From contig NW_018407075.1 in the NCBI RefSeq assembly GCF_002113885.1, forward strand, positions 878,385 through 942,384: a DNA stretch of 64,000 nt, given 5' to 3'. Under the pieces are notes generated by a model that saw nothing but the letters and a program-made list of their open reading frames with translations, was not told where the DNA came from and made no database searches. The position numbers and the translations under genes were made by a program. Shown here in pieces: positions 63,892-64,000 of this stretch. The DNA comes from Mizuhopecten yessoensis. Lineage: Eukaryota. Within the stretch, counting starts at the first letter, position 1, and each line of letters starts with the position of its first letter.

Positions 63892-64000
63892 GTGTGTGAT
63901 TCGTAGTAACCAGAGGTGGAAGCCACTAGTGGTTATTGGTGGTGACGGTCACTGCATTGACCGAAGGCGGTGGGTCACTGTAGTGGGAATTGGCGGTCGT

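Overview
AT-rich animal genomic DNA from a draft assembly with gaps. The repeat families suggest a bivalve mollusc, which is an inference. Three intron-containing genes are supported: a TNFAIP8/TIPE-family gene (+, main exon 22174-22742, start codon probably split A|TG across an intron), RPS6 (-, five coding exons, 241 aa, 5'TOP tract) and, head-to-head with RPS6, the 5' part of a TP53BP1-like gene (+, at least 12 exons, running off the window end). The rest is minisatellite and satellite fields, MITEs, tRNA-derived SINEs and Helentron-like non-autonomous elements. The most striking feature is RPS6 intron 3 (43480-52166, 8.7 kb). It holds a tandem array of 14 full-length, near-identical 86-nt box C/D snoRNAs, 2 truncated copies and about 8 decayed relics, all in the sense orientation of RPS6. 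The D' guide predicts 2'-O-methylation of the 28S rRNA A in GUGAGCUGGGU, making them SNORD29/U29-like. The spacers carry Helentron-like termini and three duplicated copies of RPS6's own exon-5 splice acceptor, suggesting transposon-linked amplification and possibly splicing/NMD-coupled release of the snoRNAs. Most ORFs in the supplied track are spurious.
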